Shown one piece after another: positions 22,491 to 34,705 of a DNA stretch of 64,000 nt. Source of the stretch: Amphiscolops sp. MND2022 (Eukaryota). The DNA lies in assembly GCA_964187785.1 (NCBI GenBank), contig OZ076412.1, positions 46,686,001-46,750,000 of the forward strand. The letters are read 5' to 3'. The notes below the pieces were generated by a model. It saw nothing but the letters and a program-made list of their open reading frames with translations, ran no database searches and was not told the origin of the DNA. Each line of letters begins with the position of its first letter. The first letter of the stretch is position 1. A program made the position numbers and the translations under genes.

Positions 22491-25400
22491 CTAATGGTCC
22501 AGTTGTTTATGGACGGATAACCGATCCTCGCTTTTGTGGTTGTCACGGTGATTGTTGGCCCGTGATGTCAATCTGTTATCCGTTGTTTGGTTTAGTTGCG
22601 GCTGTTCGTCTCCATTTCCATTTGGTTCGGTACTTCCGAGTTTAGCCTTTCGACGGTGTTTCCTGTAATCATGACATATTGGATTATTATATCTAATAAT
22701 GGGGTTGGTTTTTGTTAGCCTTTTTGATCTGCGTATTGTTTTTTCTTCGCCGTGTTTAATATCTGCTTCTAATTCGGTGCTAGAACTCAGATTGCTGGCC
22801 AGGTCTAATTCTGAATTTTCAAAGTTGTTCTCTTCCCCCGTTTTAGGGAAGGAAGTAAGATTTTTAAACACCTTACCGTTATCATGATAATGAGCCCTGA
22901 TAAAAAGCTCATCGTTCGCTTGTCTAGCGTCCTCAATAGCACGGTCGATCTCCGTGTCTGTCATGTTGGCGGCGGTAATGGTGAGTGGACCGGTATTGCT
23001 TTTTTTCCCGGTGGGATTGGTGGGGGCTTGAGTTCTGCCGGTCTCTTGTCAGCTTCAATGGTCTGCCTCGTCCGTATGTGCTCCTTTTTACCGTCGCGTT
23101 GTCTGACTGGTCCAGAGCGATAGGGCTGTTCTTCTCTACTGGTGAGGTCTCGGGCTCGATGTCTGACTCGATCACATATGCCCTCTTCTGTTTTGATGGT
23201 GATCTTGTAAACCGGGCGTCCGGTCCCCTCGGTCCAATTCCTCTGTTGTTGTTGCAGTCCTGATTAAACTCATAGATAGGTTTACTAATACATTTCTTGT
23301 GTATTACTCTACCGTTGGGCGTTGTTACGGTGTGGTTTGTTTCCGAAATAGCTTTATTCGGTTTGTTGCAATAAGCGCTTTCGAATTTAGATTTTTGGGT
23401 TTTTTTTCTGAGAAAAGGAAAGGTTGGTTACAACTCCTTTATCGTTTTTTCTTGTCTTCATCGGTAGCTGGTCGGACACACCGCCAACTCGGGCTGAATG
23501 AGTATACCTGTAAGGTATTGGGTTTCGCTAAAATAGAATCTTTAGTTAGGTTTTTTAGGTTATCCGAGTTTAGTAAGTTAGTTATTTCCGTTCTTGGTTT
23601 CCGGCCGTAATGTAGTTCGAATGCTGATTTCTTCAATTTCGTGTGGGGTGTTTTTCTCATGACGTCTAACGATAGGTCTAAGGCCTTTCCGAGCCGTTCG
23701 CCTGCCTTAATATTCGTTAAAAGGTTTTCTTTTAGTGTTCTGACTCCCCGTTCTACTAAGCCTGTGGGAGTGTGGATATACGGTGTTCCGATTATCAATT
23801 TGATGTAATGTTTTTTGCAGAAGTCTCGAAAAAGACGACCCGTGAACGCGGTTGCCTTATCTGTTCTAATTGTCTTCGGTATACCGTTCAGCTGAATAAA
23901 TTGTTCGAGAAATTTTACCGCCGTTTCTCCGTCAGTGTATTTGCAGAAACTGGCTGCCGGCTATTTGCTATACCGGTCAATGGACAGTAAGATATAGAAT
24001 CGGGGATGGTTATCTGTGATTGGTCCGATGAAATCCAATTGGATTTCTTCGTTCGGACTATTCACCGGGGGTAGGTTATTTTTTTCCGTGCTGGGTATAT
24101 AAAGTTTTATACTCATACCAGACATTTTGCAAGGGATGCAAGCTTCGCACTTCTTTTGGATTGCATCGGACATCTTTGACCACCAGAAGTGTCGGGCTGC
24201 TAAAGTCATCTTGTTGATGGCTGGATGTCCCTTGTGTAGAAGGCTGAATACTGTGGTTCGGAGGTTCTTGGGGACGATGATTCTGTGTTCCATGAAGACA
24301 AGACCGAACCGGCTTGACAGCTTCCTTTTATGCAATTGGTATTCGTCTGGTATCGTCTCATGCTGTTGTCTTTCGAGGCACACCAAAGTTTTTAGCAAAT
24401 TTGGATCGTTCGTAGTCTCGTTCATGAGCAGTTGTAGGTCCGTAGAAAAATTCTTTTCCGTCTCGCGTACTGCCTGCTCTAGATTCCAATCGTTTTTTTC
24501 TTCGGCTGAAATTCTTGGTGCGTGTCCCATCTTTACATATTGAACACTCTTTACTCCGACGTAACGTGCCCAATTTATCGCCGGTGCTCCTAGGACCGAT
24601 GGGTCTTGGTCCGTCTCGGAGTCTATTTTACCTTCTTCCATCGGAGTCGGTGCTGAAGATGGGCCAGGTCTGTCTGACTGGTGTTGTTGGACTGGGGTTG
24701 GTCGGTCCATTTCCCAGAATGGATCTACTGTCCATTGTTCGGAGTGACCGGTCTGCGGTTGGTAGCCTCCTTTGTTCTGTGGGCCAATTTTCTGTCTAAG
24801 GTCTTCTTGAGGCCAGTTGTTGATAAGTAATTGCAGCCGTTCTTCAATCTTTTTTCTCTCGTTGCGAAGGAATTTGGGCTCATGGTAGCGTTTCCATTTT
24901 CCCCGATCATGCGGGAAATCCCGGGTTTGACGATTTCTTTCCACCGGGTGGTTAACTCGGTTATTTTGGCGGCGGAGTTATATTTTGTTTCGATATTTTC
25001 TATCGTTTTGACATCCATTGTTAGTTTAGTATGCTGAATGTTATTCACGTTGTTTGAACTAGAGCGTGTGTATGTATCGCTGTAAAGGCAATCAATGGCG
25101 GTTTGTTGACGCGCGTCGTTTGTCCGTGGCTTATTGTTTGCTTTGCGTTCATTTTGCTCGGTAGCGTTTTCTGATTGGTTCAAATGGTTGCTAAAGCAAC
25201 CGTATTTGGAGATGAAGCTGTAGTGTGGTAGAATGTTGTTAATTACGTATTCTTCGTCGTATGTATTGTCCGCTTGTGGTGGTAAAACCGGACTTCTGCT
25301 TAGATAGTCCGTAAGTGCTAAGTGTTTGCCAGCTATATGGTTTACGTTGATTGTGAAATGAGCTAACCGGTCCAACCACCGTGTTAAGCGTGCGCTTTAG

Positions 25401-27990
25401 GTTTTGTTAGAGCGGTTTCGTTTAATTAGTGGCTCTAATGCTTGATGATCCGTCAAGAATTTAATTGGCTGACCGTAAATATATAAACGGAAGTGTTCTA
25501 AACCCCACACTACTGCCAATAATTCGAGTTCGTTTATCGCATTTTTTTTTCTGTATCCGATAAAAAACGACTCCCGCAACCGATAGGTTTTAAACTTCCG
25601 TTCGGTTGTTCTTGCCAAAGAGTTGCCCTAGGCCTTTGGTGCTTGCGTCGGTTGTTATTACGTTTGGGTAATCAGAATTATAGTGTGCCAGACACGGTAT
25701 TTCCGTGATTTTTTTTTCAAGTTTTCAAAGGCTAGTGTGAGTTCTTCTGTCCAGATCCAATTGTTGTTCTTTTTCAATTGCTGTCTCAAACTGTCTGTTT
25801 GGGCGGAAAGGTTGTCAATGTATTTTGATAAATACTGAATGGCTCCCAAGAATGATTTTAATTCTTTCTCGTTGTTCGGTTGTTTTGGTTCTTTTATCGC
25901 CAATAGCTTGTCTTGTAATGGTCGAATTCTGACCTGATCAATTCGGTGACCTATCCATTCAATCTCCGTTTTGAAAAATTCGGGTTTTGTTTCGCTCAAT
26001 TTATATCCGGCGTTTTCGAGTTTTGTTGGGACGTCGATCAGTTCTCTCATATGTTCTTCTTTGGAACCTTTTGTTACCACAATGATGTCGTCTAACCATG
26101 CTGGGTGTTTGTTCTCCTGTGTCTGGTCAATTTTTTCCTGAAAGATGGTCGGTATATCCGCTAACCCAAAAAATCCCTTGAGGAAACGGTAGTAACCGGT
26201 GAAATTTCCCCCCGGTCACGGCGAATATGCACAGGTTTCTGGCTGCTCTCGAGAGTTTTAGCTGACCGTATGCGTAGTCTAAATCGAATTTGGAAATCCA
26301 TATTTCGTCCGCTGGGCTATCTGCTATTTTTCTCGATATTCTTGAGATTAAGTCCTCCATGTTCGGCATTTGCGCTTTTCGTTTCACGGTTATTTCGTTG
26401 AAATTTCTTTAGTCTAATGCAATTTTTACGGACTTGTCTTTCTTTACCGTAATAACTGCTGGGCTCACAAAGCAATTCTCGTCGTTGTTATTGGCTTTTT
26501 CAATATGGCCTTGTTTTATTAGCTTTTCTATTTCTTTTTCCACCGATTGTTGTAAGTGTATCGGTATGGGTCTTCCTTTCTGCTGTATCAATTTCGCGTC
26601 TTTTTTCAGTTGTATTTTCACTTCTAGCCTGTATACTGTATGGTTTTCGTTGAACAGTTTTTTGAATTTCGTTTTCAATTTTGTTACATCCGGGTCTTCT
26701 TTTATTTGGTGTATTTGTGGAGCGGTTTTACCGGTCTCTAGTGTTATCCCCAGTTTTTCCATCCAATCCGGTCCCAGTAGGGGATTTGTTTTTCTTCGTT
26801 GTGATTAAGAGTTATAATTCCTCACGGGTTCCGTTGATTTCTACTTTCGCGGTTGTTTTCCCTTCGAATCGTATTCGGTTTTCATGTACGTCCCTGTATT
26901 CCGTTTTCAGAGGGCGTAACGGTGTTATTTTGTTGAATTGTGACTTTGATATCAGCGTTACTGGGGAACCGCTGTCTATGATGAATTTGATTGGTCGGTT
27001 GTTGACCAATGCGGTGACTGTGAAGAATTCCGGTCCATTTTTATTCGTTGGCCGGGTTGAATGTATCTTTTGTTTCACTGAATTGACTGTGTTTGGTGTC
27101 CAGTCATCTTCACCGGCGCTGCTTGTTTCGCCTTCCATTAAGTGGTTCACTTTTCTATTTAAGCGGCAGCATTTGGCAAAGTGGCCAATTTTACCACACT
27201 TTGCGTATTTCTTTCCTCTGGCGGGACATTCGTTTTTCTAGTTGTTCCTTTGTGGCTTTCGTTTTTCGTTCATTAACGTACCGGAATTTCGTTTTTCTTC
27301 TGTTTCAGGTGAGTCGTTCATTTTTTCATACATGTATTCATGTATTGCGTCAGTTATGGCTTCCACAGACATGTCACTTTTTCTGATTATCTTTTTTAAA
27401 TCATAATCACCGGTTGATTTACCGATAAGTGACAAAAATTTTGATGCTAAGAGTTCTGCTGCGGTAATTGTTTCGAATTCGCAGTTCTTTTCTACATCCA
27501 GTATCCGTTTCCATACATCTGCTGCAGTTTCGCCGTCTTCCCGTTTCAAGTCAAAGAAATCGGCTCTGCTGTGGTGTACGTTTCTTTCTGGTGTGAAATG
27601 TAGTCTGAAAAGTGTGTAGAGTTTGTATAGTGGTAGTGAGCTCGGTTCTCTTTCCCTGACCGTTTTTGTCATTTCCGTGATAGCATTTTGCCTGATTGCC
27701 CAGATAAAAATGTCTTTTATATCTGTTTCGAGTTGATCACGGTTTTGTGGTAAGATCTCTTTTCTGTTTGTCATAATTGACAAATCTATTTCCTTCGTCA
27801 TCTTTATGTATTAGACGAATTTTCTCCACCACATACTTGCATTGGTTTGGTCTTGCTTTTCTAGCGTGGGAATGGTGAGCTTTTGGGTGCAGGTCCGGTC
27901 AACCGTCCTGTTCATTGTCTCGTTCGGTAGTACTTGTCTACCTCGCTGCGTTCCCGTTGACATCTGTGTGCTTTCTCCGTCTCTCGTATT
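22491..27990 (-). pseudogene. Fragmented gag-pol of Mag-like element 2
   Basis: ORF fragments from 27811-27999 down to 22491-22964 follow gag-PR-RT-RNaseH-spacer-integrase order, with many frameshifts. Confidence 0.9.
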
Positions 27991-28063
27991 TTCTTCCATA
28001 ATGAATGGTGTCTGTTGTTTTGAGTGGTTCGTGTATAGCTTTGGGGCTATTCTGACTGCGCCA

Positions 28064-28267
28064 TGTATTCTAGCTCATCGATATCAAAGAGATGTTTTCA
28101 TATAAACTCAACTGTATTCTAGCTTATTACCAATACTCTATGATGGGGTATCATCTGCACTAAAGTGGCAGGTATTTAATCAAAGAGCATCATAGGTTGG
28201 TATATAATAAGTACAAATGATAGACAATACTGTAGACTTATTATATAAATTGTCTGTATTCTCTTCA
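28064..28267 (-). repeat. 5' LTR of Mag-like element 2
   Basis: TG..CA, directly followed on the minus strand by the PBS. Confidence 0.9.
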
Positions 28268-30545
28268 GTGATTCTCAAGTGTAACGGAAATAGCCAATTT
28301 TAGACTTACTCAAGCTTTTCCACTGGAAAAATTGAACATTGATAACGAAAGATTGTTAGTCACGACTAGAAAGAAGTGGGGTTCAGAGTTGAAACCTGGA
28401 CCGGGTCATGATTTTCTACCCGAAGCCCGGCCCGAGCCGTTTGAAAATCCTAACACAGCCCGATATTTTTGAACATTTTTAGTACCCGACGGAACTGACC
28501 GAAAACGATTGATACCCGGAAGTAAATTGTAAATGATAATCAGGTAAAATCATCAGGTAAAAATCCCATTTTTTACAACAAAATACAAAAATTCAACATC
28601 AGACAATTTTTGGCAGACATCTGGGCTCTAAGAGCTGTGCGAATAAGACCCTCTTGACTAAAATCTCCTTCATTTTGGGCAGCTGTGGAAATTATAGCCC
28701 AATTTAATGTATAAATTTTCCTTTTACTTTCGGAATTGTTATACCCTGCCCGAAACAATTTAAGCCCGCCCGGCAACATTTAATCACGTGCTTGGTTCCA
28801 ATTCTTGTGCGGTTTATATTACAATCCAAGAGTTAACAAGAAAGGAACGTCCGAAGTTGGCACCTCAGTTGAGACCCACAAAATACAGTCTCTTCAATGT
28901 TTACCAGAAATTTCGTTGTCCGAAACATCATCGTCCAAAATTTTGTCGTCGGAAATTGCATCATTAGCAATTTCGCCGCCAGGATTCCCGTTCGCACAAA
29001 ACTTTATCACACTTTAGCTCGGCTACTAAGAAACGTAATTCATTAATTTCATACTGGATCACAATACTGAAATATCACAATATTGATCGATATTGTGCAA
29101 TCTTTGAGAATTACCATCACTGATTATTATTAAGAACCATGTTTCCTAAAATTGCCCTTTGTTTCTTGTGGCTGCTCCGTCTTAGGGAAGAAGTAGTTAT
29201 GGTACACTATCAGCATTGGATTTGATGAAAAAAGCTTCAATAATTTAATTCTGACTGTTTCTGAGAATACCGTCAGTTATAACAGCCTTTTCTAAACATA
29301 GCTTCTTTGTATATCAATACTTTATTTGCAATTTTTTGAATGTATGTTGCTAAAAGAATTCAAGGCTGAAAATGTCCCGTTGTCGGGTAAGCGTCTCGTT
29401 GAGTTAAAATACCTTTGAACAAATACCTGAGCTATCGTACCTTTGAAAAAATATAATATTCAAATTCTTTTGAGTTCACCCCATTTTTCTGAGTTTAAAA
29501 CTATAACCTGGCAAATCCGAAAAAACCGCAAGGAAATTGCCCATATAGTGAAATATGTTCGGAAATTTTCAGGAAATATAGGAGTGAACTACAGTGAATC
29601 AATAAAACTTATCACGTTTCTTCACGTTTTTTCGTGAATTAAAAAGCAGTTCACAACTTCCTTAAGAGCGCCAACGAGGACCTTTATAGCCATCAATTGG
29701 CAATTTAACTTGGTAATGATAAGAAAATTTTCAGGCCACCAGCGAAAGCATTTAAAGTGTCGTTAGAGCATTCAGCCTTTACTGAGGCGGAATTACGTTC
29801 AAACCTCTCTCTCGTCGACTTGGTTGGGCATCAAACAAGTCCTTAAAATCCATGCTTAGCGGTATTCCTAGTTGACACTGCTTGAATTTTCACAAGGGTT
29901 TGTAGATTGCCAGCGAGATTTGTCATGAATTGATAAAAAATTTTACGGAATGTTTCATGCACAAAACTGAATTTTATCAAAATGCTTAAACAGGTGGGCA
30001 TTTTAAATTTGGATGCAATTTGAAGCCATGAAGTTTGGCAAGTTGTAAGATGCAATAGTTATGTTCTTAAATACGGTTGAGACTTTATCAATTTACCACT
30101 ATTTTAATGCAAATCAACTTCAGTTACGTTTTAAGGTTCAAAGTAGCGTCATCTTCAGCATGCAGTTTGACTAACGTGTTTATTCACGTTGAATACTTGA
30201 GTAAAGAAAGTGTGAACGACCACGAAGAAATTGAAACATGTTTACATTTGATTGAAACAGTGGACGACGCTGCATTCCAATCCCACAAAATTTGTCCAAG
30301 GATACTCCCGGAGTTTTCCATATTTTGTAAAAACGTTGCCTGTATGCATGAAAAAAGCCTGTTTCCGAGCGGGCGGATTCAACAAGGGACGTTCAATGAC
30401 AGAAAATAACGCGTTTGACTGAGTAAATTAAATTAAAAAGAGCAGCGGTGAGCAGTCTGACGTTCGCGACCTTGGGCAATCGCGACCTTAAGTCACTTTG
30501 AAACCACTATTGCTTGACCACTTAGCTGCAAACTTGGAACCATAG

Positions 30546-31104
30546 CCCTAGTCGAGATTGCTTGAACTTTTTACATGCTGCATGGAAACATGCAGGCTAA
30601 TTTGTTTTACAAAACATGGAAAATTCCGGGAGCCTGCATGGAAACATTTTGTAGGATTACAATGCAGCTTCCACTATTTCAATTAAAACTGAAAACATTT
30701 CCACTTCTTCACCACCGCGATCACTTTGTTTTCACGCGTAAGTTTCTCAAGTAAGTTCCTTGTGTACTTATGTAATCACCGTTAGTCAAATAGCACGCTG
30801 AATGTGACGCTACTTTGAAACTTATAATGTGACTGAAGTTTATTTGCATTGAAAGCGCGGTAAAAGTGATGACGGTCTCAGCTGCTTTCAAAATTAGAAC
30901 AGCGTCTTAATGAATCCTGCAAAACTTTGCGGCGCAAAATTGCCGCCAAATTTAGGATGCATTTTATAAGCAGCTTGATAAAATTAAATTGAATCTGTGA
31001 AGTTTTGTTGCGTGGACATTTCTTTGAGAATTTTATAAAATCATGGAAAATTAGGTGGGTAACCTACAAAAACATGTAAAAAGTTCAAGCAGTTCCAACC
31101 AGGG
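30546..31104. mobile_element. MITE with 32 bp imperfect TIRs (CCCT...AGGG; CMC/EnSpm-like)
   Basis: 30546-30577 vs 31073-31104 match at 27/32 as inverted repeats; ag on both flanks (possible 2 bp TSD). Related catgcatgg pieces at ~9.0, 56.8 and 58.6 kb. Confidence 0.6.
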
Positions 31105-31824
31105 AGATTGCTGTGGGGAGATATTATTCGCAAGGGCGCTTACTTAGAAAAGCAGAACTGCTTAATCGCCGTCTACCCCGCGGAATTGGGGAAATAAACT
31201 TTCTTCTTGCTTATCTGTTTATCGATAAACCAGCAGAAGATATTTTATCTCAAAAAATTCCGGAGCCGTGTATGCTCTGCAGCACTGCTTACAAAGTATG
31301 TTCTGCAGAACTAGAAAAAGAGGTGCCGGAAAACAGTCTGAGTGCAACAGGTTTTATTACCGTAAAACGAACGCGTCAAATTTACTCTCGCAAATATCTA
31401 CGAAACGGATTTTCCGAAAAAAATTTAAAATATGCCTCGGCGGCGATAACCTTTTTGTTGCCTGCCGGTTTGGTCTCACTGTATTATCACTTTTTTATGA
31501 TGTTTTAGCATCAGAATTTTGAAACCACATGTTTATCTCTTTTCACTCTTAAATTAAGTAAAATTATTCAATTCAACACTGATAAAAATGCTATCCACTG
31601 GGTTATGTGATCGGTTTAATTGTTTGTGTACCAGTTTCGAAAAGATCAATTGATTTTCTAATTGGTAGATTCAAGACGCTTTTCTTTTAGCGCTAACATT
31701 GAAATTAGTTAGGCAATAGTCATCAATTTGAGACCCATTTGATAATTTAAATGTGCGGTGAAATGAATGTGGGGAGAAATGAACGTGGGTCGAAATGAAT
31801 GTGGGTTGAATTGATATGGGGTGG

Positions 31825-33495
31825 TGTAAGGACTAACGTCCGGATGTTCTCTCAGGTCACAAGCGGACCTTGAGTCCTTCTTTGTCAATCTTGTATTTGT
31901 GTTCTCCCATGCGCTTCTGACTCCATCCTCATTTAAGGACGTACCCGGCTCAACGCCATGTTGACCCAAAGGCAAATTTTCTACCATATTCTGTATTTCC
32001 GGAATAATTCTCTCACTTATAGCGGAACTAATGGCCCTGGTAATCTGTGATTGCATTAGGTCCATCATAGCCTCCATCTCGCGCGACATCCTAGCATTCA
32101 TTTCACCAGATAGTGTATTGATAGACTCTATCAGTCTACTTTCCCTAACGGGTTCGTTTCTACGATCGATGTCTCTAATCTCATTTTCTTGAGATGAATT
32201 TTCTCTGTTTGGAAAGGACTGAAAGTCTCGCTGTCCCTCAGGGACATTAATTAAGCTATCAAGTTCTCTTTCTATAGAGTTGGAACTTCTCCCACCTAGC
32301 ATCACGTCCATGTTGCCGTAGTCGGACAACATATCTAATTCTCTAGATTTTCTAGACTTGGCCTTTTGTCTCCTCGTAGAAGGCATTGAAAATGTTTATC
32401 CAGGAGTAAATATGTGAATTGTTCCTGTGGACAATATAGAGCTTGGTCTACAGTAATTCTTGTACAAATCGCATAAGAGTAACTGAATATCAACCGTATT
32501 ATAAATCAACTCTTTTTACGGTCAACTTGGGCGTATTTATACTCAAGTTAGCATGACATCTGAGATTTCGTCGGTCATGCTACTAAAAATAGCACACAAG
32601 CTAAAAATAGATACAGTGAAACTATTATTAGCAACATGACATCATTTTAGACTTGTGCGGGCGGCTAGATCAAAGAGCCTTGCGAGGCCGCAGCGGGGCA
32701 TGCCGTTTGAACGGCTGAAAGGGTTTACATGTTTGAATCAACACTACATGTATACATAATCTATATGGACCTACATGGCCGATCGTCATGAGGGGCATTC
32801 TACATTCATGGGGATTAAATGATGAAACTGCATTTACTAAGAAAGCTCCGTGTATCCATCATCTAATTACGGTTATATGTATGTAGCAACACTTCATGTT
32901 CAACAGATCAACATTTTCATGTACAATTTCACATAACACTCAATTTGTCGATAGGCCGTGAAAGGCCTTACTTAAAATAATAGCATTAGGTATTCTACTG
33001 GTATATAGCAACTGGTATTTAGCAATTCTAACAATTGGACCACTTAACTCGTAAGCCGAGTCCGTCCTTATTTGCTTGTACAGTTATCAACAAACAAAGC
33101 ATAGCATCAAACAAAGCAGGCCGGTCTAATCATGTGGCCGGACTGGTCCTTTCTTGAGTAAATATATAGCTAGCAACTATGAGTGAATGAGTGAAATTAG
33201 CACTGCTGTGATTGGCCAATTTGCCGTACGCGGCCATATTAGCTATACTGAACAGGCAGCCATTTGAACACGTTTCCTTTCTGCCTGTCAGTATAACTTG
33301 CTGTCAAATATTATCACAACAAATTAAACCAAATTTACATGTATTGTAAACAGTACAAATATTATAACTAAAAGTTTTCAAACTTATTGTTAATGCATTG
33401 ACAGTTTTACTGTAGCGGCAAAGTGCCAGGTAGGGCGTTCTGTCTGCTGGCATCAATTGTGTAAAGATTGCCGTCACAGGCGGCAGCCTGAGACA
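31825..33495 (-). repeat. 3' LTR (1671 bp) of the complex Gypsy element
   Basis: Direct repeat of 44735-46401. Confidence 0.97.
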
Positions 33496-33847
33496 CTCCC
33501 CTTGGGAGTAGAAGAAAAGTGCCAATTTCCATCCCTTCAAGGAATGCCATCCTCCTCGCGTTGAATTGTTGTAACGACTCGTTGGGAACTGCGGTTTTGT
33601 GCATATAGTCAATGACTGCCTCATCTTTGATCTGTTCTACAGATTTTCCGCATACGACGCAGTCGGAATAACCAGCTAGTGATTTTGTCCCGCTTAGTCC
33701 CATTCCTTGGAAGTGTTTCGTGATAGCTTCTATGTTCTGCACAGGGTTCTGGTGTTGATAGCCATGGGCGTCACAATACATTATAGAGCCTGTAGGACAG
33801 CTTGGTCCTCTCTCATGCAGTGGCGGGGACAGAGGGGTGTCTACCAT
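33407..33847 (-). CDS. Accessory ORF-B (146 aa, Cys/His motif), overlapping the PPT and the start of the 3' LTR
   Basis: ATG-initiated; YCDAHGYQH...DCVVCG; the last 89 nt lie inside the LTR. No recognised homologue. Confidence 0.55.
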   Translation of the reverse strand: MVDTPLSPPLHERGPSCPTGSIMYCDAHGYQHQNPVQNIEAITKHFQGMGLSGTKSLAGYSDCVVCGKSVEQIKDEAVIDYMHKTAVPNESLQQFNARRMAFLEGMEIGTFLLLPRGVSQAAACDGNLYTIDASRQNALPGTLPLQ

Positions 33848-33887
33848 AGGGACTAAGTTCCTGCATAACGTAATAGGGTGACCGTCT

Positions 33888-34283
33888 CTAATCCTGTCGT
33901 CTTAATCTAATCCTGAGTATTGGTCCATTCCCTCTTCCCAAAGAGAAATAAGATGAGTCAATTAACGGTCTTGGGGTGTTCGGTCTCGTGGGCATTCCGT
34001 GGCTCGGAAGCCCAGTAGGGACAACCTCTTCAACCTCTTCCTTAGATCTTACTGCACAGGACAGGCCAGGGATGGGGATTGGTGCTGACATCTCCATTTC
34101 CACACATTTAGCCATTAGTCTAATTTCCTCGTCTTCTTCCTCTCCTTCGGACGAAAATTGCAAATCTAATACTGATGTCATACTCAAGTCGTCCATAAGT
34201 TCGTCTTCGTCGCTAGATATGATTATTACGTCGTCCCCAGCGGGCGCTGCGCCTTGGAAATCTTCGGGGTATAAGGCAGCCAT
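33888..34283 (-). CDS. Accessory ORF-A (131 aa, acidic, SIM-like motif)
   Basis: ATG-initiated; DDVIIISSDEDE motif, acidic tract and basic C-terminus. Confidence 0.55.
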   Translation of the reverse strand: MAALYPEDFQGAAPAGDDVIIISSDEDELMDDLSMTSVLDLQFSSEGEEEDEEIRLMAKCVEMEMSAPIPIPGLSCAVRSKEEVEEVVPTGLPSHGMPTRPNTPRPLIDSSYFSLGRGNGPILRIRLRRQD

Positions 34284-34382
34284 GTATCTCTCCTTTATTA
34301 TCGTTTTTGCAATTTTGAATGCAATAGGACAGTTTTAATTCGGTTTGAGTAGAGTAACTGTTTAGTTTGAAAGTTAGGAGGC

Positions 34383-34705
34383 AAATGGCGATTTTCATTT
34401 CTCAATTTCTCGATAATTTTGCTTCACATTTTCCCGGTCTTTCGTTTCCCGCATCATGTTTCATTGACGAAACTTTCAAAGATGTTCTTTGATATAGACC
34501 GCCTTCCGCTTTGTTGACCGACGATCAACTTCAGCTTGCCTAAGTCGGCAAAGAACCTTCAAGGACTTCGTCTAGTGTTTATCTCCACTTGATATCCACT
34601 TGAGAATTTCAAGAGAGGGTGATGAAGTTTTATGGCCACGCGCGGCGCATCGCCGCGACAGCCAATGGGAATCGCCCACCTGGTCCGCTTTTCAAAATGG
34701 CGGAA
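34383..34705. promoter_or_regulatory. Candidate internal (bidirectional) promoter of the Gypsy accessory region
   Basis: CpG-rich patch at ~34635-34705, CCAAT at 34662, YY1-like CAAAATGGCGG (34693-34703) and AAATGGCG (34383-34390), lying between divergent ORFs. Confidence 0.35.

Larger units (their letters stand above)
22213..28267 (-). mobile_element. Mag-like Ty3/Gypsy LTR retrotransposon 2, in VWA3B intron 2
   Basis: ~204 bp LTRs with 6 substitutions by eye, gtgat TSD (22208-22212 / 28268-28272), PBS TGGCGCAGTCAG (28052-28063, tRNA-Ser-like), PPT at 22420-22430. Frameshifted gag-pol: CCHC, FIIDSGSPVTLI, PAWLDDII, ELELLAVVWG, LDFIGP...IDRYSK. Confidence 0.95.

Noticed and set aside
22442-27241. 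Numerous plus-strand ORFs over the Mag-like element (and similar shadow ORFs over other pol genes)
   Set aside because: Antisense shadows of A-rich coding sequence; hydrophobic low-complexity translations without start context or splice support, unlike the 35.4-38.1 kb gene, which overlaps no sense ORF.
30050-31520. ORFs at 30077-30409 and 31113-31522
   Set aside because: No coherent domain; at most faint LINE-like debris around a MITE.
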